NCBI GenBank assembly: GCA_963705305.1
Contig: OY970067.1
Span: 4,384,001 to 4,448,000 of the forward strand
From: an uncultured Methylomirabilota bacterium
Lineage (GTDB): Bacteria > Methylomirabilota > Methylomirabilia > Methylomirabilales > 2-02-FULL-66-22
Reading direction: 5' to 3'
DNA: 64,000 nucleotides
Below are positions 29,629 through 39,461 of the stretch, one piece after another (within the stretch, counting starts at the first letter, position 1; every line of letters starts with the position of its first letter). The translations under genes and the position numbers were made by a program. A model generated the notes under the pieces. The model was not told where the DNA came from. It saw only the letters and a program-made list of their open reading frames with translations, and searched no databases.

Positions 29629-30156
29629 TCAGCTTCCCGCTGGAGTCGCCCCTGCGGCGGCAACGGCCGGCGCTTCCACCGGCGGCGCCTCCACCAGGGC
29701 GGGGGTCATGGGGCTGGGATAGAACTTCTCCGCATGCAGGGAGGTCTGGTCGAAGACCAACCCCGTCCGATTGAAGGCGCCGATCTCGAAATTGCCCGTC
29801 CACATGGTGATGGCGTCGAAGGGGCACACCTCCACGCACAGGTTACAGTACATGCAGAGGTTGTGGTCGATGACGAACTCGATCGGATGCCGCTCTTTCC
29901 CCTTCCCCGCCCCCACGATCGCAATGCAGCGCGTCGGGCAAATCTTGGCGCAGGCGTCACAGGCCGTGCACTTCAGCTTGCCCGAGCCCAAATCCACCGT
30001 GAGCACGTGGCGGTTCAGGGAGCGGAGCGGAAGCGTCCGCCTCACCGTCGGGTACTGCACCGTCAAGGCCGGCGTGAACAGGTGGCGCGCCGTCACCTTC
30101 ATGGCGGCCAGCACCGTCAGGAACCCACGCCACACCGCTCGCAGATACGCAAACAT
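29629..30156 (-). CDS. nuoI: NuoI-like 2x[4Fe-4S] subunit
   Basis: TVQYP, CTACDACAKICP, CMYCNLCVEVCP. Confidence 0.85.
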   Translation of the reverse strand: MFAYLRAVWRGFLTVLAAMKVTARHLFTPALTVQYPTVRRTLPLRSLNRHVLTVDLGSGKLKCTACDACAKICPTRCIAIVGAGKGKERHPIEFVIDHNLCMYCNLCVEVCPFDAITMWTGNFEIGAFNRTGLVFDQTSLHAEKFYPSPMTPALVEAPPVEAPAVAAAGATPAGS

Positions 30157-30192
30157 GATCCCCCCACCACAAAGGATTTGCGTCTCGCCCGA

Positions 30193-30732
30193 TCAGGCCC
30201 CGCTTCCCGCCGGCAGCATCTCGGGAACCGTCACGGCCGGAAGCTTCCTCTTGGCAATGGTCTCCTGGGCGATCTTCTCCTGCAACTTCAGGACGCCGAA
30301 CAGCAGGGCCTCGGGACGCGGCGGACAGCCCGGAACATAGACGTCCACCGGGACGATGCGGTCCACCCCCTTGACCACGTGGTAGGCATCCCAGTAAAAG
30401 GGCCCCCCCGAGATGGCACAGGCCCCCATGGCGATGACCCACTTGGGATCCGCCATCTGCTCGTAGAGCGTTTTGATCCGGGGCGCCATCTTTTCCGTCA
30501 CGGTGCCGGCCACGATCATCAGATCAGACTGGCGCGGGGACGGCCGGAACACCCCGGCCCCGAACCGATCCATGTCGAATCTGGCGGCCCCCGTGCACAT
30601 CATCTCGATGGCGCAGCACGCCAGTCCGAAGGTCATCGGCCAGGGGGAATTTCGCCGGGCCCAGTTGAAGATCCAGTCCACCGACGTGGTCAGGACCCCC
30701 GGCTCGAATTTACCGTCCAGCACACCCATCAA
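30193..30732 (-). CDS. nuoB: NADH-quinone oxidoreductase subunit B
   Basis: [28 protein letters not shown]. Confidence 0.93.
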   Translation of the reverse strand: MMGVLDGKFEPGVLTTSVDWIFNWARRNSPWPMTFGLACCAIEMMCTGAARFDMDRFGAGVFRPSPRQSDLMIVAGTVTEKMAPRIKTLYEQMADPKWVIAMGACAISGGPFYWDAYHVVKGVDRIVPVDVYVPGCPPRPEALLFGVLKLQEKIAQETIAKRKLPAVTVPEMLPAGSGA

Positions 30733-30946
30733 TCCACCCCTTTCCCGTGTCCCCTCGCGGCCCAGCCCCGCTCGCCTCCCGGCCGGCGGCCATCCTCAGG
30801 CCAATCGGCGGCGGATCATATCGCAATCCGGCCGCATCGGCAACCCCTTGCCGGCTTATTTTTCCTCACCCGTACGCCCGGACTTCGGTCCCGAAGTCCA
30901 GCAGAGATCTCGGCTAGCGGTGCCGGGGCCGGATCGGATGACCGCG

Positions 30947-31441
30947 CTATGGCCCCAGGGTACCCCGCACATACGCCGGCACAGAGTCTCGGCCGGACAG
31001 GTTCCCGCACGCCATGCATGCCGCCCTGGACGGCGCCTCGCGGCAATCCAGACAGGACTCCAGAATCCCCAGCGCCTCCTCCATCTCGCGCTGCAATCCC
31101 AGGTAACGCTGGACGCGAGCATCGATCTCGACCATTTCTTGATTCAGGGTCGCCACGATGCTCTGCGCGGCCTCCGCCCCCGTGGACGCGCGGCAGCGTT
31201 CGTCTATGATGCCGCGAATAGTCGAGAGCGGCACGGCCAGGCTGCGAAGGTCTCGGATGAATCGAATCCGGTCGCAGACTTCCTCGCCGTACAGATGCAC
31301 GCCGCCCGCCGTCCGATGGCTGGCCTGAATCAAGCCAAGGCTCTGGTAATACCGGACGGTCCGCAGGGTCACCCCCACCCGCTTGGCGACCTCGCCGACC
31401 TTCAGCAGGCAGGCCTTCCCCTCTTTTGAAAGCGCATTCAT
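30947..31441 (-). CDS. MerR-family regulator with Cys-rich C-terminus
   Basis: KVGEVAKRVGVTLRTVRYY..GLI; CLDC...CMAC. Confidence 0.88.
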   Translation of the reverse strand: MNALSKEGKACLLKVGEVAKRVGVTLRTVRYYQSLGLIQASHRTAGGVHLYGEEVCDRIRFIRDLRSLAVPLSTIRGIIDERCRASTGAEAAQSIVATLNQEMVEIDARVQRYLGLQREMEEALGILESCLDCREAPSRAACMACGNLSGRDSVPAYVRGTLGP

Positions 31442-31449
31442 CAATTCAG

Positions 31450-31478
31450 AAGCTAGCAAAACATGACGTTACTGTCAA
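31450..31478 (-). promoter_or_regulatory. Promoter with MerR-type dyad
   Basis: TTGACA-17-TAGCTT; TGAC-N6-GTCA dyad (31464-31477) overlapping the -35. Confidence 0.6.
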
Positions 31479-31856
31479 GGTTATAACTCGAACAGCAATT
31501 TCAATGGGTTACCCATCCACCCTTGGATCAAAAAAGACCACTATCTCACGCAAAGCACGCAAAGGTCGCGAGATGGAACGAAGAGGCGCACAGGCGCTGG
31601 GGAGCACCGCTGCGCTCGGGCGAGGGGGGGAGGGGGGGAGCAGGGGCGACAGAGAGCACAGAGCATGGGGCATAGCGCGAAGGGTGAAAGGTGCCGCGGA
31701 GAAGGTGGAATGCGGGACCCCTGACTACTGACCACCCTCCGGGCCGTAGGCCCTCCCTCCGGGCCGTAGGCCCTCCCTCCGGGGTGGAACCCGGGCCGGA
31801 GGCTGCCTACTGCCTACTGGAAATCGCCGGCTCACCGATCCCCCGGCGCCTCCGAA

Positions 31857-32870
31857 TCACGCGGCCAGCCTGGCCCGCGCGAAGGTTGTCATCGCCTCCG
31901 AAAGAAGCTCGCCGGGGAAGTCCCGGTACTTAGGTGAAAAATGAAAGACGGCCAGGTGGCGGGCCTGGGCGGCGGCGGCCAGCCGCCCCGCTTGCGCGGC
32001 GGTGAGGTGATACCGGCCGGCAGCGCGCTCTTGCTCCCTCTCCGGATAGGCGGCCTCGCAGTAGAACAGATCCGCCTTCCAGCCCAGGTCGATGATCTTG
32101 CGGGCGTTTTCCGGGGAGTCCAGCACGTCGGTCACGTAGGCCAGCTTCTGGCCGGGACTCACCCGGAGCACCTCTCGCCGGAGGCTCCCCAGGGGCAGGA
32201 GGCGCTCGCGACGCCGTCCGTCCTCGGACCAGGCGATGCGAATTGGATGGTCGTCGGAAGCCCCGGCACGAACCGAGCGTTTGAGATCCATGAGCCACGG
32301 GCCGATCGGCAGACCCAACGCCTCCAGGCGCGCCTTGTCCACGTTCATGTGGATTCCTTCCTCGAGGGCAAAGCCGAGGCAGGGAATCCGGTGGTCCAGC
32401 GCTACGGCCCGGACGCGGAACTGGGGCTCTTCCAGGATCGTCCCATCCAAGGGGGCCGGGTCCGGGATATCCCGGCGGATGAATCCCTCCGAACAGACAA
32501 ACCGCGCATGGAGCAGGCGGTCCGGATGCACCTCGGAGACCTCGATGGCCAGGGTGTATCCCTCCACCAGGTTCCAAACATACCCCCGAAGCTTCCCCTC
32601 CACATGGTCGATGAACCCGGGCGGTCCGTACAGGCGCAGGGCCTTCGGCCGCCCCAGGATGACGCGGAGCAGGTGGTCAAAGCCGACGAAATGATCCAGG
32701 TGGGCGTGCGAGACGAACACGTCGGTGATCTTCAGGAGGCGCCCGGCGGACAGACGGCTGACATCTCCGAGGTCGAACAGCAGGGCGCGCCGCTCCCAGG
32801 GAAGCGCAACATAGAGCGCCGGATCCCCGAACACATCATTGACGAGGAAGCTGTGGAAGCTGCTCGCCAT
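31857..32870 (-). CDS. RNase Z-like metallo-beta-lactamase fold protein
   Basis: SHAHLDHF, LDHRIPCLGF, YVTD, CEA, HLT, FHFSPKY. Confidence 0.88.
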   Translation of the reverse strand: MASSFHSFLVNDVFGDPALYVALPWERRALLFDLGDVSRLSAGRLLKITDVFVSHAHLDHFVGFDHLLRVILGRPKALRLYGPPGFIDHVEGKLRGYVWNLVEGYTLAIEVSEVHPDRLLHARFVCSEGFIRRDIPDPAPLDGTILEEPQFRVRAVALDHRIPCLGFALEEGIHMNVDKARLEALGLPIGPWLMDLKRSVRAGASDDHPIRIAWSEDGRRRERLLPLGSLRREVLRVSPGQKLAYVTDVLDSPENARKIIDLGWKADLFYCEAAYPEREQERAAGRYHLTAAQAGRLAAAAQARHLAVFHFSPKYRDFPGELLSEAMTTFARARLAA

Positions 32871-33292
32871 CGCAAACTACCCCGGGCCTGATCTCACACA
32901 AAGATCGCCATTGCCAGTATGCAGTAGGCAGCCTCCGGCCCGGGTTCCACCCCGGAGGGGCTCCACCCTGGAGGGAGGGCCTACGGCCCGGAGGGTGGTC
33001 AGTAGTCAGGGGTCCCGCATTCCACCTTCTCCGCGGCACCTTTCACCCTTCGCGCTATGCCCCATGCTCTGTGCTCTCTGTCGCCCCTGCGCCCCTGCTC
33101 CCCTGCGCCTTGTCGCCCCCTCCCCCCCTCACCCCAGCTCCCCCTCACCGATGGCGCCCTTTGCGTGCTTTGCGTGAAAACATTCCGAGTCTCCCGCAAA
33201 GCTCGCCGAGCCCGCCAAGGAGGACCATTCCCAAACGAAAACGGCGCCGCGCAGGCGCCGCTTTTATCCAGAGGCCATACCTATCCGGACGC

Positions 33293-33628
33293 CTACCGCT
33301 CGACGGGGTAGCCGCGGGACTGCCAGTCAACGATCCCGCCCTCCAGGTTATAGATCTTGGCGACCCCCACGGCCGCCGCCACCTCACAGGCAACCGCACT
33401 CCGGATTCCCTGCGCGCAGTAAAACACCACCGCGTCGCCATTGAGGTGCTGCCGCGGAGACACGAGCAGGTTGTTCAGCGGGACCAGGGTCGCACCCGGG
33501 ATCCGCGCCTGATGCCATTCGGAAGGCTCCCGCACATCGATCCACACCGTACCACCACTATCGTAAAGGTCCTTCGCCTGCGCGGCGTCGATGCGCTCGA
33601 AGGGTTCGGCCATCTCCTGTTGTGCCAC
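33293..33628 (-). CDS. Rhodanese-like protein
   Basis: IDVREPSEW..RIPGA, YCAQGIRS, NLEGGI. Confidence 0.9.
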   Translation of the reverse strand: MAQQEMAEPFERIDAAQAKDLYDSGGTVWIDVREPSEWHQARIPGATLVPLNNLLVSPRQHLNGDAVVFYCAQGIRSAVACEVAAAVGVAKIYNLEGGIVDWQSRGYPVER

Positions 33629-33651
33629 GTTCTCCCCTCCCCAACCCCTAT

Positions 33652-33803
33652 CAGGCTGCTGAAAAAGGCCATCTGCTGCGTTGGCGCGCTCGCGCGGCGC
33701 TGCGACGTACGCACGGAGTACGCCTCGCGCCTCGCATCCCGCACCGCCTTGCATCTGAACCTTTTTGAGCAGCCTGACCGAAAACGAGTTTTTCAGCAGC
33801 CTG
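33652..33803. mobile_element. MITE-like element (family H) with 15-bp IR CAGGCTGCTGAAAAA; copies 52845-52995 and 63326-63472
   Basis: Three homologous ~150-bp copies with terminal inverted repeats. Confidence 0.8.
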
Positions 33804-33886
33804 CTATACGTTCTATCCACTGAAAAGCTGACAGACCTCAATCCCCTCATTCTTGGTCGGAATAGTAACGGAACACCGGCAAGGGG

Positions 33887-34591
33887 TCAAGATACGGCGC
33901 TCTGCCGGGACCCTCGGCCCATCGCGGCGGCGTAATCCCACCCTCGCTGGAAGGCCCGGAGGTTCTGCTCCGCCACCTGAGGCATCCTGAACCGCTGCCG
34001 GATGGCGGCATGCCAGCTCTCGCGCGGCAGGGGCAAGAGCGCTGCCGAGGCCCCCATGACGATCGTCCCCGCCAGGCGCGGACTTCCTTCCTCGACGGCC
34101 ATGGCGGAAGCCTCGATGGACACCAGCATCTCGCCCAAGTCCCGCAGCCCGGCCAGGGGCTCTTCCGGGTAGGTATAGAGCCCCAGGTTCACGACGGGGG
34201 GCTTGACGCGCAGGCAATTGGCGACCACCATGCCTCCGGGCCGGACTTCCCGCCGCCAGCGCAGGGCCTCGGCCTCTTCGAAGGCCACCAGGAGATCCGC
34301 CTCGCCGGGCGAGATCACCGGCGAGTACACCTTTCGCCCGAAGCGCACGTGGCTGGTCACAACGCCCCCGCGCTGCGCCATTCCGTGCACTTCGCTCTTC
34401 TTGACGTCGAAGCCCGCCTGGAGAGCCGCCACGCTCAGCAACTGTCCGGCCGTGAGGATTCCCTGCCCGCCGATGCCGGCAAGCAGCACGTTCACGGTCC
34501 GATCGGGAAATCGCGGCTGGGCTCTCGGGCTCATCCCCGCCTCCGCTCCTGCACGCCCGCCGTTTCCCCCGTGCGTCATCGCATCGTCCAT
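33887..34591 (-). CDS. iorB: Indolepyruvate ferredoxin oxidoreductase beta
   Basis: GIGGQG, SEVHGMAQRGG. Confidence 0.93.
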   Translation of the reverse strand: MDDAMTHGGNGGRAGAEAGMSPRAQPRFPDRTVNVLLAGIGGQGILTAGQLLSVAALQAGFDVKKSEVHGMAQRGGVVTSHVRFGRKVYSPVISPGEADLLVAFEEAEALRWRREVRPGGMVVANCLRVKPPVVNLGLYTYPEEPLAGLRDLGEMLVSIEASAMAVEEGSPRLAGTIVMGASAALLPLPRESWHAAIRQRFRMPQVAEQNLRAFQRGWDYAAAMGRGSRQSAVS

Positions 34592-34601
34592 GCCTGCCCC
34601 C

Positions 34602-36479
34602 TCACGCCTGCTGCGGCTGCGGCGTCGCGGCGGACACCGACGACTTCACCGGGACGATGGCCCCGGGCCCGCACAATTGGGTGCACAGATTGCAGCCGTT
34701 GCACGCCGCCGGATCGATCGCCACGTACCGGAGGTGCCGCTCTCGTCCGTTGGGGAGCCGGATCTGCTCGCTGCGAACAACCTGGATGGCCGGACAGCCG
34801 GTCTTCAGGCATGCCCCGCAGCCCGTGCACAGCTCGTCCCGGACCTCCAAAGGTTCCGGCCGGTGGAACTCCTCGATCAGGACGCAGGGACGGTTGGTGA
34901 TGACCACCGAAGGGCCTTCGAAGGCCAGCGCCTCCCGCAGCGCCTCACGCACCTCGGAGAGCTGGTACGGATCCACCGCCCTCACGTGCCGGACGCCCAG
35001 GGCCTTGCAGAGCGCCACGAAATCCACGGGGGTGCTCTCACCCGATTGCAGCCTGGCCCCGGTCCCCGGGTGGTCCTGCCCCCCGGTCATACCCGTCGTT
35101 CCGTTGTTCAGGATCAGGACCGTGACGTTCCCCCCGTTGTAGACGATGTCCAAGAGGCCGGTCATCCCCGAATGGAGGAAGGTGGAGTCGCCGATCACCG
35201 CCACGACCCTTTGGCCCTGCTGTGCCATCCGGTACGCTTTTTCGATGCCCAGGGCGTTCCCCAGGCTGGCCCCCATGCAGACGCAGGTGTCCATGGCGTT
35301 CCACGGGGGCCCCACCCCCAGGGTGTAGCAGCCGATGTCCCCGGTGATGACGAGGTCTTTCATCCTGCCCAGGACCGAATAGACGCCTGAGTGGGGGCAG
35401 CCGGCGCACAGGGTCGGCGGCCGCGGAAACGGCGTCGCCTCGGGCTCGGGCGACTCGGGCAACGCGGACTCGGCGCGATTGCCCGCGCCCAGCGCCACCT
35501 GCAGGCGGCGCGGATCCAGCTCGCCGATCCGCGGCACCCGCCCGGCACTGTCCACCCGGATCCCCCAAGCCAGGATCTCCGACTCCACCAGCCCTTCCAG
35601 CTCTTCGATCACCCACAAGCGCTCCACCCCCGAGGCGAACGCCCGAATCGTGCCTTCCGGCAAGGGGAACGAGAACCCAAGTTTGAGGAAGGAGGCGTCC
35701 GGGAAAGCTTCCCGGGCGTACATGTAGGCAGGGCCTGACGCGATGATCCCGATCCGCCGGTCCTGCCACTCAATCCGGTTCATCCCGCTCGATTCGGCGC
35801 GGCGCGTCAAATCCTCCAGGCGCGTCAGGATCTTGGGCCGCTTGCGACGGGCGAAGGCCGGGAGGACCACCAGCTTGCTGGGCTCCTTGGAGAACCCCAG
35901 AAATGGCGGGGTCGTCCGCGGGCCCAGCTCCACCACCCCCTGAACATGGCAGATCCGCGTGGTGAGGCGCATGATCACGGGCGTGTCCATCTCTTCGCTG
36001 AGCGAGAGGGCCTCTCCCACCAAGTCCTTGGCCTCCTGGCTGTCGCACGGCTCCAGCAATGGGATCTTGGCGAAGCGGGCGAAGTACCGGGTGTCCTGCG
36101 CGTTCTGCGAGCTGGCCATGCCGACGTCATCCGCCACCACGATCACGAAGCCCCCCCGCACTCCGACGTAGGCGCCCGTCATCAGGGGGTCGGCCGCCAC
36201 GTTCAGACCGACGTGCTTCATGGCGACGAGCGAGCGCGCCCCCGCCAAGGCCGCCCCCATGGCCACCTCGAAGGCCACCTTTTCGTTGGGAGCCCACTCC
36301 GCGTACAGATCCGGGTACCGGCCCAAGGCCTCCAGGACTTCGGTGGCCGGCGTCCCGGGATAGCTCGAGGCAACCGTCACGCCCGCCTCCCAGGCCCCCC
36401 GCGCAACCGCCTCGTTGCCGGAGATCAGGACCCGTCCGGTCGTGCTGGGCTGTAATGTTTCTCCGCCGTGTCGGGCCAT
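34602..36479 (-). CDS. iorA: Indolepyruvate ferredoxin oxidoreductase alpha
   Basis: GNEAVARG, YPGTP, MKHVGLNVAAD, CAGCPH, GDSTF, C-terminal ferredoxin motifs. Confidence 0.95.
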   Translation of the reverse strand: MARHGGETLQPSTTGRVLISGNEAVARGAWEAGVTVASSYPGTPATEVLEALGRYPDLYAEWAPNEKVAFEVAMGAALAGARSLVAMKHVGLNVAADPLMTGAYVGVRGGFVIVVADDVGMASSQNAQDTRYFARFAKIPLLEPCDSQEAKDLVGEALSLSEEMDTPVIMRLTTRICHVQGVVELGPRTTPPFLGFSKEPSKLVVLPAFARRKRPKILTRLEDLTRRAESSGMNRIEWQDRRIGIIASGPAYMYAREAFPDASFLKLGFSFPLPEGTIRAFASGVERLWVIEELEGLVESEILAWGIRVDSAGRVPRIGELDPRRLQVALGAGNRAESALPESPEPEATPFPRPPTLCAGCPHSGVYSVLGRMKDLVITGDIGCYTLGVGPPWNAMDTCVCMGASLGNALGIEKAYRMAQQGQRVVAVIGDSTFLHSGMTGLLDIVYNGGNVTVLILNNGTTGMTGGQDHPGTGARLQSGESTPVDFVALCKALGVRHVRAVDPYQLSEVREALREALAFEGPSVVITNRPCVLIEEFHRPEPLEVRDELCTGCGACLKTGCPAIQVVRSEQIRLPNGRERHLRYVAIDPAACNGCNLCTQLCGPGAIVPVKSSVSAATPQPQQA

Positions 36480-36677
36480 TCCGCGCCCTCTCTCTCTTTC
36501 TCTCGCCTCACTGCCACCGCCGCTCCGGGTCCCCATCCCGATGGATGGGCGAGGCCGCCTCACGCTCGGCCGGCAGCCGAGCGTGAGTGTTGAAGCCTAC
36601 CACGCTTACCCGCGATGTGGAAGATCAACAAGCAGATCGAGATCGCCGCGGAGGATTGAGACGCCCGCGACCGCGGA

Positions 36678-37550
36678 TCAGCGCGGGAGGCGCAGCGCCT
36701 CCAGAATCTGGCGCGGCGCCTCGGCCCTGTTGAGGACGTAGAAGTGCAGACCGGGGACGCCCGCGTCCACCAGCTCCTGACACTGCCGAACGGCGTAGTC
36801 GATCCCCACCTTCATCTGCCTGTCGGGGTCATCCCAATACCGCTCCAGGGCCGACTCGAACGCCGCGGGGATCTTGGCGCTGCAGAGGGAGGCGATCCGC
36901 TGAATCTGGGCCAGATTGATTACGGGCAAGATTCCGGGGATCAGCGGGGCCCGGAGCCCGGCCGCCTGGTAGCGCCGCCGAAAATTGAAGAAGTCGGCAT
37001 TGTCGTAGAAGAGCTGCGTGATCACGGCGTCGGCGCCCGCCTCCACCTTGCGCTTGAGGTTGGCCAGGTCGGCCTCGGGACTGGGTGCCTCCCGGTGGGT
37101 CTCCGGATAGCCCGCCACGGCGATCCCGAAGTGCGGGAACTCCTTTCGGATGAGGCTCACTAGCTCGTTGGCATGCGCCAGGCCGTTCGGCCAGGGCGTG
37201 AAGACGCGAACGCCTCGGGGCGGATCGCCGCGCAGGGCCATGACGTTCTCCACGCCGAGGTCCGTGGCATGCCGCAGCCAGGCGCGGATGTCGTCGACCG
37301 AAGATTCCACGCAGGTGTGATGGGCGACGATGGTCACCCGGAAGGCGTCGCGGATCCGGCAGATCAATTCGAGGGTTTGATTCCGGGTGGACCCTCCCGC
37401 CCCGTAGGTGCACGACACGAACGCAGGGTGAAACGCCGCAAGGGTCTCCAGGGCCTTCATGAGCTGGACCTCGCCGGCATCCGATTTGGGGGGATAGACC
37501 TCGAACGACACTCCGAACTTCCCCCGCCCGTACAGGTCCCCCACCTTCAT
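36678..37550 (-). CDS. metF: Methylenetetrahydrofolate reductase
   Basis: SFEVYPPK, TYGAGGS, LRGDPP, GYPE.H, TQLFYD, HFYVLN. Confidence 0.95.
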   Translation of the reverse strand: MKVGDLYGRGKFGVSFEVYPPKSDAGEVQLMKALETLAAFHPAFVSCTYGAGGSTRNQTLELICRIRDAFRVTIVAHHTCVESSVDDIRAWLRHATDLGVENVMALRGDPPRGVRVFTPWPNGLAHANELVSLIRKEFPHFGIAVAGYPETHREAPSPEADLANLKRKVEAGADAVITQLFYDNADFFNFRRRYQAAGLRAPLIPGILPVINLAQIQRIASLCSAKIPAAFESALERYWDDPDRQMKVGIDYAVRQCQELVDAGVPGLHFYVLNRAEAPRQILEALRLPR

Positions 37551-37630
37551 CGGACCGCAGTCTCCATCCCGCTCCTCCTCATGCCGGCCGATCCACAGAC
37601 GATCGCCCTGCACCGGCGCCGCTTCATCGC

Positions 37631-38461
37631 TCAGCGAAACCCGGCCTGCCGCAGCACCGCCAGGCTGGCCGCCCGCGCCTGCCGCGCCACCTGGAGCGCC
37701 GGCCGCCGCCAGTACTGCGGGCGGAAGATCTCCACCGAGAATCCCCCGGCGTAGCCCGACGCCTTCAGGGCCCGCAGGATCGGCAGCAGCGGCAGGACGC
37801 CCTTGCCCGGGAACAGGCGCAGCGCGTCATGCAATTTCCGGCGCGGCGCCCGCTCCACGTCGTTGACGTGGACCATGAAGATCTTGCGCGGGTCCGCCTC
37901 CCGGATGGAGGACACGCGCGACCCGCCGGCGAAGAAGTGGAAGGTATCCAGGACCAGGCCCACATTGGGCCGCGCCGTCTTCTCCACGATGGCCGCGCAC
38001 TGGGCCAGCGAGTTCACCGTACAGTCCGCAAAGCCGAGGAATTCGTATGCCAGACGGACGCCGTGGGGCTTGGCGATGCGGGACAGCTCGCGCAGGACGC
38101 GCACCGACTCGCGCTCGATGGCGGCCGCGGAGATCCCGGCCGGCCGCGGGCTGGGCACCACCAGGATCGTCTCGCAGCCGATGGCCTCCGCCACCCGGCA
38201 GAGGCGCTGGAAATCCTCGAGCATACGGATGTGGCCCGAGGGATCGTTGAAGGTGATCCGCTCCACCGAGTTCAGGGTGGCGGGGCGGACGCCCGCCCGC
38301 TTGAGGTCCCGCCGGAGGGCAGGAAGCCCTCCGCGGTCCAGGTACCCGATCAGCTTGGCGGCCCAGATCTCGATGAAGTCGAATCCCGCCCGGCCGGCCA
38401 CCGTGATGTCGGTGGCCAGGTCCGCTTTCAGCGTCGTGGCCCCGTTCAGTCCCAGCTCCAT
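37631..38461 (-). CDS. Sugar phosphate isomerase/epimerase (TIM barrel, IolI-like)
   Basis: YEFLGF, LDTFHF, VHVND, SVEIF. Confidence 0.85.
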   Translation of the reverse strand: MELGLNGATTLKADLATDITVAGRAGFDFIEIWAAKLIGYLDRGGLPALRRDLKRAGVRPATLNSVERITFNDPSGHIRMLEDFQRLCRVAEAIGCETILVVPSPRPAGISAAAIERESVRVLRELSRIAKPHGVRLAYEFLGFADCTVNSLAQCAAIVEKTARPNVGLVLDTFHFFAGGSRVSSIREADPRKIFMVHVNDVERAPRRKLHDALRLFPGKGVLPLLPILRALKASGYAGGFSVEIFRPQYWRRPALQVARQARAASLAVLRQAGFR

Positions 38462-38645
38462 CGTCTCGCCTCGCTCCCCCTCCCGAATTCCGGCCCAGTC
38501 ATCAAAAAAGCGATCCACACTCTAGAGGTGCATGGCTCCCCGCGTCAAGGGTCTTTCCCCTGCGGTGTCTTTCCCCTGCGAGCGTTCCGTTCCCCGACGG
38601 GCGCGGAGATCGCAAACAGCCGGAGGCCGCCGTCCGGGGGGCACG

Positions 38646-39077
38646 TCAGCCCCGGAGGACGAGATGGTAGAGCATCCAGTATACCAGGACACCCGTGATC
38701 GACACGTAGGTCCAGATGGGGAACGTCCAGCGAGCGATGCGGACGTGCCGATCGAATCGGGCCAGGAGGGCCAATGACAAGGTCACCAGTACCAGGGGGA
38801 CCACGACGACCGCCAGGATGGTGTGCGAGATCAGGATCGTGAAATACAGCGGCCGGATCCATCCCTGTCCCGGAAAGCGGGTCAACCCGGCGTAGAAGTG
38901 ACGCGTGAGGTACCCCGCGAGAAACAGGGCGGAGACCCCCACCGCCGAGAGCATGCAGAGCTTGTGGGCCAGGATCTGGCGGCGGCGGATGCAGAGGTAA
39001 CCCCCCACCAGCAAGACGGCGCTGGCGGCGTTCAGCGCCGCGTCGATCGAGGGAAGAGCAGCAATGAAGGGGGGCAT
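38646..39077 (-). CDS. DUF420-like membrane protein
   Basis: AALNA, HK..M, ILISH, H.RIARWT.PIW.YVS.TG. Confidence 0.85.
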   Translation of the reverse strand: MPPFIAALPSIDAALNAASAVLLVGGYLCIRRRQILAHKLCMLSAVGVSALFLAGYLTRHFYAGLTRFPGQGWIRPLYFTILISHTILAVVVVPLVLVTLSLALLARFDRHVRIARWTFPIWTYVSITGVLVYWMLYHLVLRG

Positions 39078-39301
39078 GCGCGCTCCGTGCCAACCGGGGA
39101 GCCGGGAAATCCGATCCGGCCTCGCTCCCGAGGAGGCAGGAGCAGTCTAAACCGAACCGGGTGGAATGGGCAAGGGCGGAAGGGCCGGCCGCGTGTCGTC
39201 GGCGTCATGCCCGCGCTTGATTGCTCGCTTGCGCAGGCCATTCCAGGCCGGAGAGCCGGGTAACGGCATGGGACTGCGCCGCATTTCAGCGAACTTTGCG
39301 A

Positions 39302-39331
39302 TTGACTCGATGAGGACCGCAAGCGTAGGAT
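39302..39331 (+). promoter_or_regulatory. Sigma70-like promoter
   Basis: TTGACT-18-TAGGAT. Confidence 0.45.
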
Positions 39332-39461
39332 TCTCGCCGAATGTCCCGCGCCCAAAGAGGGCACGATACGTCGGTCACCCCGAGGGACGCCCCCGAGGCT
39401 CTGACGTTTGACGAAACATTGGGAGAGGACCTCCCCCTGCCGAAAACCCTATTGGAGGTGC

